Of a DNA stretch of 64,000 bases, positions 28,914-38,499 are shown one piece after another. The first letter of the stretch is position 1. The number at the start of each line of letters is the position of its first letter. The position numbers were made by a program, and so were the translations under genes. Origin of the DNA: a candidate division FCPU426 bacterium. Lineage in GTDB: Bacteria > Oederibacteriota > Muellerivitia > Muellerivitales > Muellerivitaceae. The stretch covers positions 384,001 through 448,000 of the forward strand of contig CAVRAL010000001.1 of the NCBI GenBank assembly GCA_963719085.1, given 5' to 3'. The notes beneath the pieces were generated by a model, which worked only from the letters and a program-made list of their open reading frames with translations, was not told the origin of the DNA and ran no database searches.

Positions 28914-29682
28914 GCTTTCGTCCCAAACCGCCTGCCCGCGGCGCTTTCGGTTTGTCGCTGTCAGCTTGGCCCTTTGGTTAGGCTTCGCTCCCTTAGCGGT
29001 GATGGCCGGGCAAATTCAAGCCAAACCGACTCCCACCAGCTCCGATGACTCTGCCGATGGCATTCCCAGCAACTATCCCGAATTGGTGATTGGTCCCGGA
29101 GACCTTTTAGATATTCATGTCTATGGGGAAAATGGAAGCGCGGTTTCCAGTTTGGAAGGCGGCGGCGGAGGCACGGACGCTTTACCGACGGATTACCAAG
29201 TGGATTCGGACGGTGTGATTGTGTTTCCGTTTTTGGGCCGGGTCCATCTCACCGGAAAAACTCCCGCCCAGGCCAGCGATCTTTTAGCCCGCATGCTCAA
29301 TAAACCCCGAAAAGTGACCGTTCTTATTAAAGAATCGAATACCTATTGGGTTTCGGTTTTGGGCGATGTGGCCAAACCGGGCCGATACCAAATTGTGGGG
29401 CAACCGACCCTGCTTTCGGCTTTGGCCGAGGCCGGGGGGCCCTTGCCGGACAGCGATTTAGGCGGGACAATTCTTTTACATGACGACTTTAAAACCAAAC
29501 TGAACCTGAATCGTTATTTTAACGGCGAAGGCAAGGTGGACACGGAACCTTACCTATATCCCGGGGATACTCTGATGATTCAAAAAAGCGGCTGGCCCAC
29601 CATCGGCGAAATCGCCATCGTGGCTTCAATTTTAGCCAGTGCCGCCGTCATCACCGTTGAACTTACGAATTTGAGGCATTGA
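28906..29682 (+). CDS. wza: Polysaccharide export protein (OPX/Wza family), locus 1
   Basis: IGPGDLLDIHVYG, YQVDSDGVIVFPFLGRV, SLBB motif VSVLGDVAKPGRY...LLSALAEAGG, LYPGD; hydrophobic C-terminal helix. Confidence 0.9.
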   Translation: MNKLSSQTACPRRFRFVAVSLALWLGFAPLAVMAGQIQAKPTPTSSDDSADGIPSNYPELVIGPGDLLDIHVYGENGSAVSSLEGGGGGTDALPTDYQVDSDGVIVFPFLGRVHLTGKTPAQASDLLARMLNKPRKVTVLIKESNTYWVSVLGDVAKPGRYQIVGQPTLLSALAEAGGPLPDSDLGGTILLHDDFKTKLNLNRYFNGEGKVDTEPYLYPGDTLMIQKSGWPTIGEIAIVASILASAAVITVELTNLRH

Positions 29683-31370
29683 TGGAATCCATTTCCCATA
29701 TCCAGCCCAATGTTGAGGAAGATTTAAACCTGCATGAATTGGCCCGTGTGGCCTTTTCCCACCGCAAAATGATCGCTTGGGTCACGGGAATCTTCGCGGT
29801 GCTCGCCCTGCTTTACGCTTTTCTTTGGCCCAAAACCTATGAAGCCGAAACCACGGTGAAGGTGCCGGATAGTTCACAAACGGCCCAAGGGATGCTTCGC
29901 CAATTGGTGCCGATGAGCGGAAGCGGCGATCCGATCGAGACCTATGTTGAAATTTGCAGTTCCGCCACCGTGGCGGATGAAGTGTCCCAACACTTAGGTT
30001 TGGCAGCCAAGCCGGGCTTCGCGAATATGACCGAACAACAAATCATCGGCGCTTTGCTTAAAGGCACCGTGAAAATCGCGAATGTCAAAACTTCCAACAT
30101 CATTTCAATCACGGCTCAGTCCCATGATCCCAAATTAGCTTCGGATTTGGCCAATGCTTGGGCGCAAGCTTTTATTGATGTGAACTTGAATCTTTCCCAT
30201 GAAAGCGCTCAATCGAAGCGTGAATTTTTGGAACAACAAGCCAAAGAAATGAAGGCCCGGCTGAATAATCCCGATCTTCAATTGAATGACGAATCGAAGG
30301 CCGATGAAGTGCTCTATGCCCAATTACTTCAAGATCTTCAGCAAGCCCAGATTGAGGAAAAGGTGAATGACGCGGGGATCGTCGTTGTGGATCCGGCGGT
30401 GGTGCCTGAACGGGCTGTGAGCCCGAAAAAGTCCAGGTCGCTATTACTGGCCTTGATCCTCGGGTTGTTGGCGGGGCTCCAGGCTGCCTTTCTGCTTGAA
30501 AAATTGCGGGATCGAATTATGTCCGAGGAACAGTTGAAGCGGGTGACCCGCTTGCCGAATTATGGTTTGATTCCTGATTATCGGGAAGATTATCCAGAAA
30601 GCATGGAACCGCCGGCCGAAGGGGAGCGGTTCAGCCCGAAGGTTCTCATTCAGAATCCAGTTTTTCAACATGCCTATTACCGGGAAAGCTTCAAAATTTT
30701 ACGCACCAACTTGATTTTGTCCCAAGCGGATAAGCCTTTAAAAGTATTGGCGGTTCTGTCGCCTGGCGCCGAAGAGGGAAAAACACTGGTCAACGCCAAC
30801 TTGGCGATCTCTTTGGCGCAAAATGGAAAAAAAGTTTTGTTGGTGGATGCGGATTTTAGAAAGTCCTCCGTGCGAAAAATGTTCGGAACGCCTAATGGAA
30901 AAGAATCAGGTTTGCCCCTGGCCCTCGCGGGGCAACAGGATTGGCGGAGCATGATTCAGCCTTCCGGTGTGGAAGGGCTTGAGCTTTTAGCCAATATGGT
31001 CACCCCACCCAATCCGGCTGAACTTTTAGGCAGTGAATTCCTCAAACGGCTCATCGGCGAATTCAAGGCCGCTTATGATTACGTGATTTTCGACGGCGCT
31101 CCCATTTTGCCGGTGACCGATTCGGTGGTTCTTTCGACTCAGCTGGACGGCGTCGTGTTGATGGCCCGCTGGGACAAAAGCCATTCCGGTGATGTGACGA
31201 AGTCCTTGGAGCATCTGAAGGCGGTGGGAACGAACGTGGTGGGAACCCTGCTCAACTGCGTCAACACCAAGGCGGCTTATTACGGTTTGCGTTATGGCTA
31301 TAACGGATACGCCTACGGCAACTACCGTTACGCCGAAAAAGAAGAAGGATCGAAGGCGGTTAAAAAATGA
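29682..31370 (+). CDS. wzc: Polysaccharide co-polymerase / BY tyrosine kinase, locus 1
   Basis: Wzz-like N-terminus with two TMs, ESFKILRTNL, Walker A SPGAEEGKT, LVDADFRK, PPNPAELL, YDYVIFD, tail YYGLRYGYNGYAYGNYRY. Confidence 0.93.
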   Translation: MESISHIQPNVEEDLNLHELARVAFSHRKMIAWVTGIFAVLALLYAFLWPKTYEAETTVKVPDSSQTAQGMLRQLVPMSGSGDPIETYVEICSSATVADEVSQHLGLAAKPGFANMTEQQIIGALLKGTVKIANVKTSNIISITAQSHDPKLASDLANAWAQAFIDVNLNLSHESAQSKREFLEQQAKEMKARLNNPDLQLNDESKADEVLYAQLLQDLQQAQIEEKVNDAGIVVVDPAVVPERAVSPKKSRSLLLALILGLLAGLQAAFLLEKLRDRIMSEEQLKRVTRLPNYGLIPDYREDYPESMEPPAEGERFSPKVLIQNPVFQHAYYRESFKILRTNLILSQADKPLKVLAVLSPGAEEGKTLVNANLAISLAQNGKKVLLVDADFRKSSVRKMFGTPNGKESGLPLALAGQQDWRSMIQPSGVEGLELLANMVTPPNPAELLGSEFLKRLIGEFKAAYDYVIFDGAPILPVTDSVVLSTQLDGVVLMARWDKSHSGDVTKSLEHLKAVGTNVVGTLLNCVNTKAAYYGLRYGYNGYAYGNYRYAEKEEGSKAVKK

Positions 31371-33010
31371 ATCCGGCGAATTTGTTCTTTTTCGCCATTG
31401 GTATCTTGTCGAATCTTGTCCTGACCCCGCTATTTATCCGCTTCGCCCGCCGCCACGGTTTGGTCGATATGCCAGGCAACCGCAAAATTCACGAAAAACC
31501 CGTTCCGTTTTTGGGCGGTGCCGCCATCCTTCTTTCCATTCTGATCTCGGTTTTTACTGGCTTGGCTTTGCTTGGGCCTGTTCTTGATTTGACTCCCGAA
31601 AGGGAAGCGAAGATGTTGTTGGTTTTGTCGGTCACGACTTTGGCCGGGTTGCTTGGATTTTTTGACGATCTTTATGATTTAAAACCCCGCTACAAGCTTC
31701 TTTTTCAAACCCTTCTTTTCGGCACCTTTACCATCATAGGTTTTCATTTCCAATTCATGCATATTCCGGGTTTGGCACCCTTTGATATGTCGCTCTTTGG
31801 GATTCCATTAACTTTGGTTTGGATTTTGGCGGTGGTAAACGGATTTAATTTCATGGACGGGGTGGATGGTTTGGCCGGTTCGGTTTCGGCCGTTGTGTTT
31901 TTAGGAATCGGCGTGACCTCGATGATTTTGAAAGGGCCCAATCACGTGGGCACGATTTGGCTGGCGGCCTTGGGCGCGGTTTTGGTATTTCTCTTTTTTA
32001 ATTGGAAACCGGCTAAAATTTATTTGGGCGACGCTGGTTCCAACGCTTTAGGCGCCTTGGCGGCGACATCGCTCGTGACATTGGGCCAAGGCAAGCCCTT
32101 CCTTTTGGACCTTTTTGATGGTGGAGGTCTTGATCCTCAGCCGATTGAAGAACCCTATCGCTTTCAGTTTTTAGTGGCGACCCTCATCGTGGGATATCCT
32201 TTGGTGGAAGTGGTTCTCTCGACATTGCGTCGAGGGGTGAAACGATTCTTTTTGGGCCGTTCATTGGAATGGTCTGAGCAAGAGCATTTACATCACCAAT
32301 TACTGAAGATGGGGCTTAAGGCTGACTCCATCTGTGTTTGGGCGATCTTGTTTCAAGGGCTTCTCACCTCAGCGGCGCTTTTGGCAGTGGTTCATCAAAA
32401 CGCCTTGGCCACCTGGCTTTTGATTCCCTTGGTCATGATCCTGGCCTATTTCGGGCCCCGTTCCGGTTTTTTTGATTTTCTACGTTTGAACCAATCCCAA
32501 GCCAAATTGCATTTTCAGATCGCCAACTATTTTATCTCAATGCAAAGGGTGAAATTGCGACTTACCCGTAGCCGGGAAGAAGTATTGGCTTTAGTCACTC
32601 AAAGTTGCGGCGAGTTAGGAATCCGTTGCTTCCGTTTTTTCATCAAGCCTGACCATAACGGCAAGGGCAGTGTGGACTATAACTATCAAGACCCCCAAGT
32701 GACTCGGCATAGGATGGAAGGCTTACAAGATTTCAGCGACGAAAACCCGCCGGATGAATATTTTGATTATTGCGAAATTCCGAGCCAGAGAGGCGAGGCC
32801 TTTTGGCTTTTTAACGAACATTCCCGCGCCGACGAGTTGGATTTGGAATACCGGGTATTGATGAGTGGGTTTATGCGGGAAGCCTTGGAACGCACTACTC
32901 GTCTTGGAGAAGGCTTGGAGCCGTTAGCGATGTCCAGTGTGGAAATTCTTCCACATGGAAAAATCAGCAGCCATCAATTGCGTAAACGCCACAACATTAA
33001 AATGAATTAA
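31367..33010 (+). CDS. WecA/TagO (MraY-like) initiating phosphoglycosyltransferase with extra C-terminal domain, locus 1
   Basis: D.PGNRKIH..PVP.LGG, GFFDD, NGFNFMDGVDGLA, FNWKPAKIYLGDAG, HLHH; ~170 soluble residues after the last TM. Confidence 0.88.
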   Translation: MNPANLFFFAIGILSNLVLTPLFIRFARRHGLVDMPGNRKIHEKPVPFLGGAAILLSILISVFTGLALLGPVLDLTPEREAKMLLVLSVTTLAGLLGFFDDLYDLKPRYKLLFQTLLFGTFTIIGFHFQFMHIPGLAPFDMSLFGIPLTLVWILAVVNGFNFMDGVDGLAGSVSAVVFLGIGVTSMILKGPNHVGTIWLAALGAVLVFLFFNWKPAKIYLGDAGSNALGALAATSLVTLGQGKPFLLDLFDGGGLDPQPIEEPYRFQFLVATLIVGYPLVEVVLSTLRRGVKRFFLGRSLEWSEQEHLHHQLLKMGLKADSICVWAILFQGLLTSAALLAVVHQNALATWLLIPLVMILAYFGPRSGFFDFLRLNQSQAKLHFQIANYFISMQRVKLRLTRSREEVLALVTQSCGELGIRCFRFFIKPDHNGKGSVDYNYQDPQVTRHRMEGLQDFSDENPPDEYFDYCEIPSQRGEAFWLFNEHSRADELDLEYRVLMSGFMREALERTTRLGEGLEPLAMSSVEILPHGKISSHQLRKRHNIKMN

Positions 33011-33012
33011 GA

Positions 33013-34323
33013 ATGGGTTTTGTGTCCGAAGTGATCAATGTAATATTCCGAAAATTATCATCAAAAAAACGAGTCTTAAACCAGGCAGCCATCATGGCGG
33101 TGGCGCGTATTTTGGGATTAGCTTTTGGGGCGGCAGGGATGGTTTGGGCGGCTCGATGTATGGGGCCTCATAATTACGGTCTCTCTGGAATGGTTCAAAG
33201 CATAGTGGTGCAAGTCTCAATGTTTTTTTCACTAGTTCATCCTACAATATTGATACGTGCTTACAAAAACACTTCAAAAGAAGATGAGCGGGAGCGGTTA
33301 GTTCGTGTTTCAAATACGTTTAGATTTTGGGGTGCTTTGGCCTTTTGTATTGTTGGCGCATTGGCATTATGGTTTCGCTTATTGCCAACCGAATATAATT
33401 TCGCAGGTTGGTTTTTCATTCCTTTGATTTTTCTTATGAATTTACAGCCTATCTGGTTATTCCAAGCGGCAGAACACCAGCATTTTCAGTCAGCCATAGC
33501 CGTTTTCCAACCCGCATTTTCCGCGATGCTATATTTTCTATTTTTTAAGCCAGGCATGTCAGCGGGAGCCGATCTTGCAATTTTATCAATTTCGTCAGTT
33601 TTAATTTTATGGATCTATTGGTATTCAGCGAATAAGCTTAAAATTTTTTCAGGGAATCCATTCTGTAAAATTAATTGGAAAGAAGCTAAGGAGTTAATCC
33701 AAAAGTCTGGATGGCTATTTTTTTCAAGCTTAGCTGTTTATGTTTATATTTCTTTGGAACTTCCGTTAGTAGGTTGGCTTTATTCTATCGAAACCCTTGG
33801 ACAATACAGAACTGCATTTTCAGTGGTTAATGCAGCTCAAGCTATTTTTAGTATTGTTCCGGCGCTTCTTTATCCGCGATTTATAGAATGGAGAAAACAA
33901 GGGGAAACATTTCTTTGGAAACGACAAGTTAAATTGGCATTGGTTTTCTCAATCTTGTCTTTTTTTGTTGCCGTTTTTTCTTTTTTGATTATTCCCATTA
34001 TTTATCCCCTTCTTTTTGGCGCCGCCTACTCCGGTGCTGCCTTTCCTTGCGTAATATTGATTGTGTCTAAGCTAGTCGTTGTTGTTAATGGGATATTCTA
34101 TTGGGGGCTTATGACCGATCATGGCTATGACCGAACAACATCTTTCGCAATGATCGGAACCGGCTTTTTTTCTTTAATTTTGAATTTATTATTTATACCA
34201 AAATTTGGAATGTATGCAGCGTCTTTAACGGATCTTGCAAGCGAAATGATTATTCTCGTAAGTTGTTTATATTTTTCCGTCCAACGAATTAAAAAAATTC
34301 GGACGGAAGAAGGAATGATCTAA
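33013..34323 (+). CDS. wzx: Oligosaccharide flippase, locus 1
   Basis: About 12 TMs, ARCMGPHNYG, WLFQA.E, LGQYRTA, LNLLFIPKFGMYAA. Confidence 0.88.
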   Translation: MGFVSEVINVIFRKLSSKKRVLNQAAIMAVARILGLAFGAAGMVWAARCMGPHNYGLSGMVQSIVVQVSMFFSLVHPTILIRAYKNTSKEDERERLVRVSNTFRFWGALAFCIVGALALWFRLLPTEYNFAGWFFIPLIFLMNLQPIWLFQAAEHQHFQSAIAVFQPAFSAMLYFLFFKPGMSAGADLAILSISSVLILWIYWYSANKLKIFSGNPFCKINWKEAKELIQKSGWLFFSSLAVYVYISLELPLVGWLYSIETLGQYRTAFSVVNAAQAIFSIVPALLYPRFIEWRKQGETFLWKRQVKLALVFSILSFFVAVFSFLIIPIIYPLLFGAAYSGAAFPCVILIVSKLVVVVNGIFYWGLMTDHGYDRTTSFAMIGTGFFSLILNLLFIPKFGMYAASLTDLASEMIILVSCLYFSVQRIKKIRTEEGMI

Positions 34324-36347
34324 TGAAAATTTTTCCTCCCGGTAATTGTGAAAAGCTTTATCGATTAATTGACGCTTCAGAGGTTGTGTCGTTCGATGTT
34401 TTCGACACGATTCTTCTAAGGAAAGTATTTCAACCAACTGATCTCTTTACACTTATTGAGAGAAATGAAAAGCTCGGATTTGATTTTAAAGATATTCGGA
34501 TTCATGCCGAGGTGAAGGCGTGGAACAATCGAAAAAATGGTATTTTAGAAGTCGGTCTTAAAGAAATTTATGATGAATTTTCGAAATTTCCGATACCTGG
34601 GATTAGTTCTAAAACAACTGAGAAGTTCAGAGAAGTTGAAATTAATTACGAGAAGAAGATTTGTGATGCAAATCAGTTTTTGATGAAATTTTATAAATAT
34701 GCCGTTAAAAATAAAAAGAGAATAATTTTTTGTAGCGACATGTATTTGCCGAAGTCGGTCATTTCCGAAATTTTGAAGTTACGAGGATTTCGTTCGTTTG
34801 AAAAAATATACGTTTCTTGTGAAATTCAGAAAACGAAACGTTCAGGAGAAATGTTTGACTGGGTTTTGCGCGACATGGGAGTTAGTCCTTCAAAAATACT
34901 TCACATAGGTGACCACCCTATTTCGGACATTAGAAATGCGGCCCGAAAAGGGTTTAAGGTTTTTTATTATAAAAAATGTTCGGAGATGGCGATTCGGGAT
35001 CCGCATTTTAAATCGTTAATGAATAGCTTTTCGGAATTGGAGCGGCAGGAACCTATTGTCTCGACGTGGTTGGCCACCATTGCGAATGAGTTTTATGCGA
35101 ATCGTCCATTGAAAGAAAGGTCGTTCTTTTTTCGATTGGGTTTTTTTCATGCAGGGATTTTGTTGTTAGGTTTTGTGAAATGGATTTCAGAACAAGCCGA
35201 AAAAGATGGCGTGCAAAAAATATATTTTCTTTCTAGAGATGGATATCTTCCGTTTGAAATATATAAAAAAATTTCGAGGGGTGTAAAAGGAGCAATTGCG
35301 GGAGATTATCTCTATGGATCGAGAAAAGCTTTTGTGCTTCCGAGTTTTACAGAAGTGGACGAAAAAAGTTTGAATTTTATGTCTCAGATTAGTTCTGGAT
35401 TGCCACTTTCTGTTTATTTTGAAAGATTGAATTTGAAAAGCGAATATTATCTGGAAATTGTTCGTGATTATGGGTTTAAAAGTCTCGATCAAATTGTCGA
35501 AAATGCGGATAAAATTAAGCTAAAAAAAATATTTAAAGATATAGGTGGCGATATTCTTCGAGAAAATAAATTTGAACGACGAAAACTATTGGGGTATTTG
35601 AAGCAAATGGGGGTTTTGAAGCTTAAAAAGATAGCTTTTGTGGATATCGGTTGGCAAGGGACTTTGCAGAAGGCTTATGAAAAATTGGTTTCAAATCAAC
35701 GTGAAATTAAACAATCAGTTCGAGGTTACTATTTTGGGTTAAGAGAACTATCTGAAATCAGTGAACGAAATTGGATGCAGGATGCCAATGGAATGAAAGG
35801 TTATTTTACGCACTTCGGGCAACCGAATTATCGAAAATTAAAATATGGGTGGCCCTTGTTTGAATTATTGTTTTACGCTCCCCACGGTACTGTCATCGGA
35901 TTTGAAGATAAAAAAACAAAGTTTACTCCGCTCGTGGACAAAACAATAAGTTCTTTTAACTTGGAAAGTTCAATTCAAGTTCAAGAAGGTGTTCGAAATT
36001 TTATTAATTCTTTTGATGGAATCGATAGCTTCGTGAAAATGGAGATAGATTTAATTTCCAAACCGATTATGAGATTAATCTCTCGCCCGACGTTTGAAGA
36101 GGCTAGGAATATTGGGAAATTTGAATTGGGCTCATTTGGAAAATACCACCAATTGAAGGCTATTGCGAAACCCCCGAGCGTTATAGATTTATTTTTAAGC
36201 CCACCTTCATTTCTAAAGGGATTTAAGGAGTCTCCCTGGAAACCTGGTTATTGGCGTCAGAGCCCCTTCTATTTTTTGCTTCCGTCATTTGGGATTGTTG
36301 CCAATTTCAAAAAGAAAATAACCAGTATATTTACGATATTTTGTTAG
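34323..36347 (+). CDS. HAD phosphatase + PRTase-like domain; probable bifunctional ribofuranosyltransferase
   Basis: HAD motifs SFDVFDT, SDMY, HIGD...SD; C-terminal FLSRDG and FVDIGWQGT (PRPP-loop-like). Confidence 0.7.
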   Translation: MKIFPPGNCEKLYRLIDASEVVSFDVFDTILLRKVFQPTDLFTLIERNEKLGFDFKDIRIHAEVKAWNNRKNGILEVGLKEIYDEFSKFPIPGISSKTTEKFREVEINYEKKICDANQFLMKFYKYAVKNKKRIIFCSDMYLPKSVISEILKLRGFRSFEKIYVSCEIQKTKRSGEMFDWVLRDMGVSPSKILHIGDHPISDIRNAARKGFKVFYYKKCSEMAIRDPHFKSLMNSFSELERQEPIVSTWLATIANEFYANRPLKERSFFFRLGFFHAGILLLGFVKWISEQAEKDGVQKIYFLSRDGYLPFEIYKKISRGVKGAIAGDYLYGSRKAFVLPSFTEVDEKSLNFMSQISSGLPLSVYFERLNLKSEYYLEIVRDYGFKSLDQIVENADKIKLKKIFKDIGGDILRENKFERRKLLGYLKQMGVLKLKKIAFVDIGWQGTLQKAYEKLVSNQREIKQSVRGYYFGLRELSEISERNWMQDANGMKGYFTHFGQPNYRKLKYGWPLFELLFYAPHGTVIGFEDKKTKFTPLVDKTISSFNLESSIQVQEGVRNFINSFDGIDSFVKMEIDLISKPIMRLISRPTFEEARNIGKFELGSFGKYHQLKAIAKPPSVIDLFLSPPSFLKGFKESPWKPGYWRQSPFYFLLPSFGIVANFKKKITSIFTIFC

Positions 36348-36436
36348 AAGAACAAATTCTGAATAATTGGGTGAAAATTAGTGAAAAGTAAATGTGTGTT
36401 GTTGGGGACTTTTTTAATTTGGGGTGGTGGTTTCTT

Positions 36437-37099
36437 ATGTTAACGAAGCATAAAAGATGGATGGATGTGAGAGGTGGGTTTCTTGAAAGTGGAAAACTAG
36501 CACATCTATTTTTATATCCGTGGATTCGATTTTTGGGTCTTTGGTTGACGACAATATTTGGACGTTTTTATAGTTATTGGTGGGGCCTGAAAATTGGAAA
36601 AAATTGCGTCTTTAGAGGTTTCCCGATTTTTAGACGTTATCCGGGATCGTTTGTTAGCATTGGCGATAATTGCGCATTTGTTTCTTCTTCTCGTTATAAC
36701 TTTATTGGTGTGAACCATCCATTCCTTTTATCCACGCACAATTCGGATGCACGACTTGAAATTGGTGAAGGATGTGGTTTTAGTGGCACGTCAATTGGAT
36801 GCGCATTGAGCATTCGGATTGGGAATCATGTGCGATGTGGCGCAAATACTATCATTACAGATACGGATTGGCATCCGGAGGATCCGCGTCTTTCCCCGGA
36901 TGCTCCTGTTATTATTGAAGACAATGTTTTTCTCGGCGTTGGCGTCATTGTTCTAAAAGGTGTGAAAATTGGAAAAGGTTCGATCATTGGGGCTGGCAGT
37001 GTGGTGACACATGATATTCCGGCAGGGGTAATTGCGGGCGGAATACCGGCAAAAGTACTTAAAGTTTTAAACATAACTCCTCATAAAAAGAAACGTTAA
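36437..37099 (+). CDS. Hexapeptide-repeat O-acetyltransferase
   Basis: LEIGEGCGFSG, IIEDNVFLGVGVIVLKGVKIGKGSIIGAGSVV...AGGIPAK; start uncertain (36392-36464). Confidence 0.88.
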   Translation: MLTKHKRWMDVRGGFLESGKLAHLFLYPWIRFLGLWLTTIFGRFYSYWWGLKIGKNCVFRGFPIFRRYPGSFVSIGDNCAFVSSSRYNFIGVNHPFLLSTHNSDARLEIGEGCGFSGTSIGCALSIRIGNHVRCGANTIITDTDWHPEDPRLSPDAPVIIEDNVFLGVGVIVLKGVKIGKGSIIGAGSVVTHDIPAGVIAGGIPAKVLKVLNITPHKKKR

Positions 37100-37170
37100 T
37101 AACTCTTGGTATTTACTTTTACTAGGTTCCCTTACGTTGATTTTTACTACGATTTTGATGAGGTCAATTA

Positions 37171-38457
37171 ATGCGCGTTCTTTGGTTTACAAATACTCTT
37201 ATGCCCGATGCTTGTTTAGCGATGGGATTACCTCCTGTTTCAATTGGAGGTTGGATGCCTGCTTTATTGCAGGCATTTCGAAAATATTTTCCAAATATTG
37301 AATTTGTTGTTTTGACAACAAATCGAATGCATCGTCGTGTCATCGTAGACAATGTAACGTATGTTACGTTTGGTGATCCTCGGAAAATGGTATTTGATAA
37401 TGACATTCCGAGTGATTTGGAGAAGGAAATACAGAAATTAGTTGATGAGTTTAATCCCGATCTTATACACGTACATGGAACTGAAAATTTTTACGCCCGC
37501 CTTAATTCCTTCGTTTTGTGTAATAAACCGGTGCTGATTTCTCTTCAAGGTCTTATAAATGGTTATTCTCAACACTATAACGGTAACTTGACGCCGACCG
37601 ATCTTTTGCCTTTTCGCACATTGCGAAACCGGGCGTTTCATGATGGCGTTTTTGAAAATCAAGAAAAATGGATTTTAAAGAGATCTGTGCAGGAGAAAAA
37701 GTCGCTCTCTATGCATAGTTATTATGCTGGGCGTACAAATTGGGACCGTGCATGGTTAATGGCATTTAATCCTAGTTCTACTTATTATCATTTAGACGAG
37801 ATTATAAGATCAGAATTTTATGGTGCGACTAGAGATCCTTTAAATATTTTACCATATTCAATTTATTGTTCTGCGGCCGCGAGTTATCCGCTAAAGGGTT
37901 TACATTGGTTAATCCGTGCGACTGCCATACTGAAGAAGAAATTTCCCGCTATACAAATTCGTATAGCAAATGCTCAGCGGATTCTTTCAAAGCCGAAAGG
38001 TTTTGTCGGATATTTGAAAAAAAATGATTACGCAGTCTACTTAAGGGATCTTATTTCAAAACTTGGACTGAACGAAAATGTCATCGGTTTACCTCAATTA
38101 GCCGCGGATGAAGTCAAAAAGGAATTGGAAAAAGCGCATGCTTTTTGCTTACCATCTCTTTGTGAAAACAGCCCGAATTCTCTAGGCGAGGCAATGTTAG
38201 TTGGCGTGCCATGTGTGGCGAATTATGTAGGAGGTATTCCGGACATGCTGGAGAACGAAAAAGAAGGTATTCTGTGTCCGGCGGCAGATTCGGCTGTCTT
38301 AGCAAAAGCGCTAGAACGTATTTTTGTTGATGAGAAATTTTCGGCCAGACTTGCTTTTAATGCTCAACAAACGGCACGTGAACGCCACGATCCGTACCGA
38401 ATCGTAAAACAGACAAAAAATATTTATGAATCAATTGTTAATGAATTTAGAGGTTGA
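37171..38457 (+). CDS. Glycosyltransferase family 4
   Basis: PDLIHVHGTE, PLKGL, PSLCENSPNSLGEAM (EX7E). Confidence 0.92.
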   Translation: MRVLWFTNTLMPDACLAMGLPPVSIGGWMPALLQAFRKYFPNIEFVVLTTNRMHRRVIVDNVTYVTFGDPRKMVFDNDIPSDLEKEIQKLVDEFNPDLIHVHGTENFYARLNSFVLCNKPVLISLQGLINGYSQHYNGNLTPTDLLPFRTLRNRAFHDGVFENQEKWILKRSVQEKKSLSMHSYYAGRTNWDRAWLMAFNPSSTYYHLDEIIRSEFYGATRDPLNILPYSIYCSAAASYPLKGLHWLIRATAILKKKFPAIQIRIANAQRILSKPKGFVGYLKKNDYAVYLRDLISKLGLNENVIGLPQLAADEVKKELEKAHAFCLPSLCENSPNSLGEAMLVGVPCVANYVGGIPDMLENEKEGILCPAADSAVLAKALERIFVDEKFSARLAFNAQQTARERHDPYRIVKQTKNIYESIVNEFRG

Positions 38458-38499
38458 GCTGAACACCGAGTTAAAAATACTAGTTTAAAAGTAGAGGGC

